Of a stretch of 64,000 nt of DNA, positions 61,269 to 64,000 are shown piece by piece (position 1 is the first letter of the stretch; every line of letters starts with the position of its first letter). The DNA is taken from positions 256,001-320,000 of the forward strand of contig CAWHEP010000014.1 in assembly GCA_963828525.1 (NCBI GenBank), given 5' to 3'. The position numbers were made by a program, and so were the translations under genes. Origin of the DNA: an uncultured Verrucomicrobiae bacterium (GTDB lineage: Bacteria > Verrucomicrobiota > Verrucomicrobiia > Chthoniobacterales > Chthoniobacteraceae). The notes beneath the pieces were generated by a model, which was given only the letters and a program-made list of their open reading frames with translations, had not been told where the DNA came from and ran no database searches.

Positions 61269-63083
61269 ATGGATAACACACAAACGCGTAAAGCGATCCC
61301 GACGCGCGAGCAGGTGCCGCAATCCGACACTTGGGATCTCTCGCTGCTCTATCCATCGCCCGAGGCATGGACGGAAGCATTCACCTCCACGCAGGAGAGC
61401 TACGGGCGGGCGGAAAGTTTCAGAGGGAATCTCGGGGCTTCCGCGCAGAGGCTTTTCGAATGCCTGGAGGTTGAAAAGGCCCTGGGCGAGCGCATAGAGC
61501 GCCTCTACCACTACGCGATGCTCAAGGCCGCCGAGGATAGCGCCGATGACGCGAATCTCCGTCGCGAAGGGCTGCTCCAGAATCTGCTGACGCGCATCGC
61601 GGAAGCGACCTCCTTCATCAATCCCGAAATCCAGGCGATCCCGGATGAAACGTTCGACGCGTACCTCGCGGATCCCGTGCTGGAGCCGTGGAACATCCAG
61701 CTCAAAAAACTTCGTCGTCTGAAGCCACACACACTGGGCGCTTCGGAGGAAAGATTGCTGGCGCTGGGCGCGACGGCGATTCACGGGCATCGGGAGACCT
61801 TTTCGCAGCTCACCGACGTGGACATGAAGTTCGGCTCCCTGACGGATGAGAAGGGCCAGGAACAAACACTCAGCCAGAGTTCCTTCAGCTCGTTTCTCTA
61901 CAAGCGCGATCCCGCTTTGCGAAAAGCGGCGTTCCACCAATTCTACACGGAGTTCAAGGATCACGAATACACGCTTGCGTCGAGTCTGGCCCACTCGGTG
62001 AGGGCCGATGTGTTTTATGCGAGGGCTCGCAACCATCCCTCCGCCTTGGAGGCGTCTCTCTTCCGGGACGCAATCCCTATCTCCGTGTACGATAATCTCA
62101 TCGCCGCTGTGCGGGCGAATCTCGGCCCGCTTCATCGGTACTTCGACCTCCGCCGTCGCGCGCTGGGACTCAATGAGATTCATCACTACGATACCTACGT
62201 CCCGATCGTGCCGAATATTACGGCAACGGTGTCGTTTGACGAAGCGATTGGCAAGGTCGTGGCCGCTCTCAGCCCTCTTGGCGGCGAATACACGAAAGTC
62301 CTGGAGGCCGGTTTGCGCGGGCGGTGGTGCGACCGATATGAGAGCAAGGGCAAGAGGAGCGGCGCGTTCTCGTCCAGCAGCTACGGGAATCCGCCTTATA
62401 TCCTGATGAACTATAAGAGCGACGTGTTCTCCGATGTTTACACGCTGGCCCACGAGGCGGGACACTCGATGCACACTTGGTATTCGCAGCGGAGCCAGAC
62501 GTTCCAGGACTACGAGTATCCGATCTTTCTCGCGGAGGTGGCTTCCACCTTTAATGAGATACTCCTGACGCGCCACCTTCTGGAAGAAACCTCCGATCCC
62601 AAGATGCGAGCCTACCTTATCAACCGTGAGATCGATGACATCCGAGGCACCGTTTACAGGCAGACCATGTTCGCTGAATTTGAAAAAATCATCCACGCGA
62701 CTGAAGAGTCGGGCGCGGCTCTCACGCCGGAGGCTTTCAGGCATTCCTACCGGGAGTTACTGGACGTTTATTTCGGCCCTGAGTTCTGCATCGATAAGGA
62801 ATTGGAGATTGAGTGCCTCCGAATCCCTCATTTTTACGGCGGCTTCTATGTCTACAAATACGCGACAGGGATGTCGGCAGCCGTGACCCTGGCGCGCCGG
62901 GTATTGGGCGGAGGAGCTGAAGAGTTGGAGGCCTACCTCACTTTTCTGAAATCTGGCGGTTCCAAATACCCGCTGCCGACCCTTGCCGATGCGGGGGTGG
63001 ATATGCTAAGCCCGGAACCCGTTGAGAAAACTTTGCAACTCTTCGAGGAAAGGGTTGCGGAGTTGGAAACGTTGCTTGCCTAA
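61269..63083 (+). CDS. pepF: Oligoendopeptidase F (M3B)
   Basis: WDLS.LY, GKRSGAFS, TLAHEAGHSMH (HExxH), AEVAST, PHFY, YVYKYATG. Confidence 0.96.
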   Translation: MDNTQTRKAIPTREQVPQSDTWDLSLLYPSPEAWTEAFTSTQESYGRAESFRGNLGASAQRLFECLEVEKALGERIERLYHYAMLKAAEDSADDANLRREGLLQNLLTRIAEATSFINPEIQAIPDETFDAYLADPVLEPWNIQLKKLRRLKPHTLGASEERLLALGATAIHGHRETFSQLTDVDMKFGSLTDEKGQEQTLSQSSFSSFLYKRDPALRKAAFHQFYTEFKDHEYTLASSLAHSVRADVFYARARNHPSALEASLFRDAIPISVYDNLIAAVRANLGPLHRYFDLRRRALGLNEIHHYDTYVPIVPNITATVSFDEAIGKVVAALSPLGGEYTKVLEAGLRGRWCDRYESKGKRSGAFSSSSYGNPPYILMNYKSDVFSDVYTLAHEAGHSMHTWYSQRSQTFQDYEYPIFLAEVASTFNEILLTRHLLEETSDPKMRAYLINREIDDIRGTVYRQTMFAEFEKIIHATEESGAALTPEAFRHSYRELLDVYFGPEFCIDKELEIECLRIPHFYGGFYVYKYATGMSAAVTLARRVLGGGAEELEAYLTFLKSGGSKYPLPTLADAGVDMLSPEPVEKTLQLFEERVAELETLLA

Positions 63084-63099
63084 CCCGGCTTCCTGTCCA

Positions 63100-63570
63100 T
63101 TGACCGACTTCGAAAAAAAGATTTCCGCGGCTCAGGGATACACAGAACTCGGGATGCTGGAGGATGCGCTCGCCGAGCTGGACGGGATCGAGCCGTCGAT
63201 GCGGGAGGGCGCGCCTGTCATCGAGATGAGGTTGCTCATCCTCATGCGCGCGAAGCGTTGGTCGGAAGCTCTACCGTTAGGCGTCCAATTATCCGTGGCG
63301 CATCCCGAGGCCACAGCGGGCTTTGTCCATGCGGCATTTTGTCTTCATGAACTCGGGCGAACCCTGGAAGCCAAGAAGATGCTGCTCTCCGGCCCAGCCG
63401 CCATGCAGAACGAGCCTACCTTCTTCTACAATCTCGCGTGCTACGAAGTGGCCCTTGGCGACTCGACAAACGCGCTGGAAAATCTCGAACGCAGTTTCAA
63501 GATCGACAAGCGCTACAGGCAATTCGCCGAGACCGATCCCGACCTGATTCCGATCCGGCATCTGTTTTGA
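63100..63570 (+). CDS. TPR repeat protein
   Basis: AQGYTELGM..DA, AFCLHELG, FYNLACY...D.DL. Confidence 0.8.
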   Translation: MTDFEKKISAAQGYTELGMLEDALAELDGIEPSMREGAPVIEMRLLILMRAKRWSEALPLGVQLSVAHPEATAGFVHAAFCLHELGRTLEAKKMLLSGPAAMQNEPTFFYNLACYEVALGDSTNALENLERSFKIDKRYRQFAETDPDLIPIRHLF

Positions 63571-64000
63571 ACATCGGGTTGATCGAAAAGATCTTCGCGG
63601 ACAATTTCGTCTTGCGCGGGGAATTAGGCGCGTCCGTCTCGATCTGGAAAGACGGTGTCGAAAAAGTCACGCTTGCCGGCGGATTTACGGATCGTGAAAA
63701 GACGCGGGCCTGGACGTCGGCTACGCCGGTGCTCGTCTGGTCCGCGACAAAGGGACCCGCCGCTGCTTGCGCCCTGCATTGTCTTCAGGCAAGCAACATT
63801 CCAACCGGGGAGCGGGTAGCGAAAGTATGGCCCGAATTTGGCGGAGCGGGAAAAGGACATGTGACCTTCGACCAACTCCTCTCTCACCAGGCCGGTGTTC
63901 CGGCCCTGGACCGGGATGCTTCTGTGCTCGATTACGAAGGCGTCATCGCCGCCATCGAACACCAGTCGCCGGCTTGGCCACTGGACGCGGGGCACGGTTA
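63567..64000 (+). CDS. Serine hydrolase (beta-lactamase-like/EstA family), partial; runs off the window edge
   Basis: Manual translation ...GELGASVSIW...VWSATKG (SxxK)...WPEF...LLSHQAG. Confidence 0.85.
   Translation, partial: MNIGLIEKIFADNFVLRGELGASVSIWKDGVEKVTLAGGFTDREKTRAWTSATPVLVWSATKGPAAACALHCLQASNIPTGERVAKVWPEFGGAGKGHVTFDQLLSHQAGVPALDRDASVLDYEGVIAAIEHQSPAWPLDAGHG

Noticed and set aside
61089..62744. Long antisense ORFs (551 aa opposite pepF; similar ones opposite the haemagglutinin, ftsK and the reductase)
   Set aside because: These are shadow ORFs expected from high-GC codon bias; they have no recognisable motifs, and the opposite strand carries clear genes.
1..64000. CRISPR array or long tandem DNA repeats
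   Set aside because: No regularly spaced direct repeats were seen in any intergenic region on reading; short or degenerate arrays cannot be fully excluded without a computational scan.

Overview
GC-rich bacterial chromosome segment. Gene style and content suggest Verrucomicrobiota, possibly Chthoniobacterales-like; this is inference only. Many conserved genes are split by 1-bp indels (rimO, argJ/B/D/F, hppA, nadC, smpB and others), which points to an unpolished long-read assembly rather than real decay. From left to right: (1) a minus-strand run ftsK-rodZ-rimO, then a giant (~3,800 aa) filamentous-haemagglutinin/DUF3739 exoprotein, a Sel1-repeat protein and a TMTC-like glycosyltransferase running off the edge; (2) argCJBDF, hppA and glgA/glgM; (3) a two-component pair, nadC, birA and a sensorless kinase downstream of tRNA-Ser(TGA); (4) a RES-Xre toxin-antitoxin pair with an enlarged antitoxin, then kup; (5) a membrane protein/HTH regulator/ispH/B12-radical SAM operon with two matching palindromic operators; (6) pagL-like, oppA, an MmcB-like nuclease, larB and a sulfite reductase; (7) rpmH-rnpA-yidD-yidC-jag, rpoZ-smpB and cell-wall enzymes; (8) a small accessory island (~54.4-57.9 kb) holding a J-domain coiled-coil/HIRAN/macrodomain operon, a 5'-truncated group IIC intron and an AT-rich orphan; (9) GT4, apaG, 5-FTHF cyclo-ligase, an MBL hydrolase, pepF, a TPR protein and a serine hydrolase. 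The best candidates for an undescribed system are the J-domain/HIRAN/Macro operon, the operator-flanked ispH-radical SAM operon and the adhesin-Sel1-TMTC cluster. No CRISPR array or rRNA was seen.
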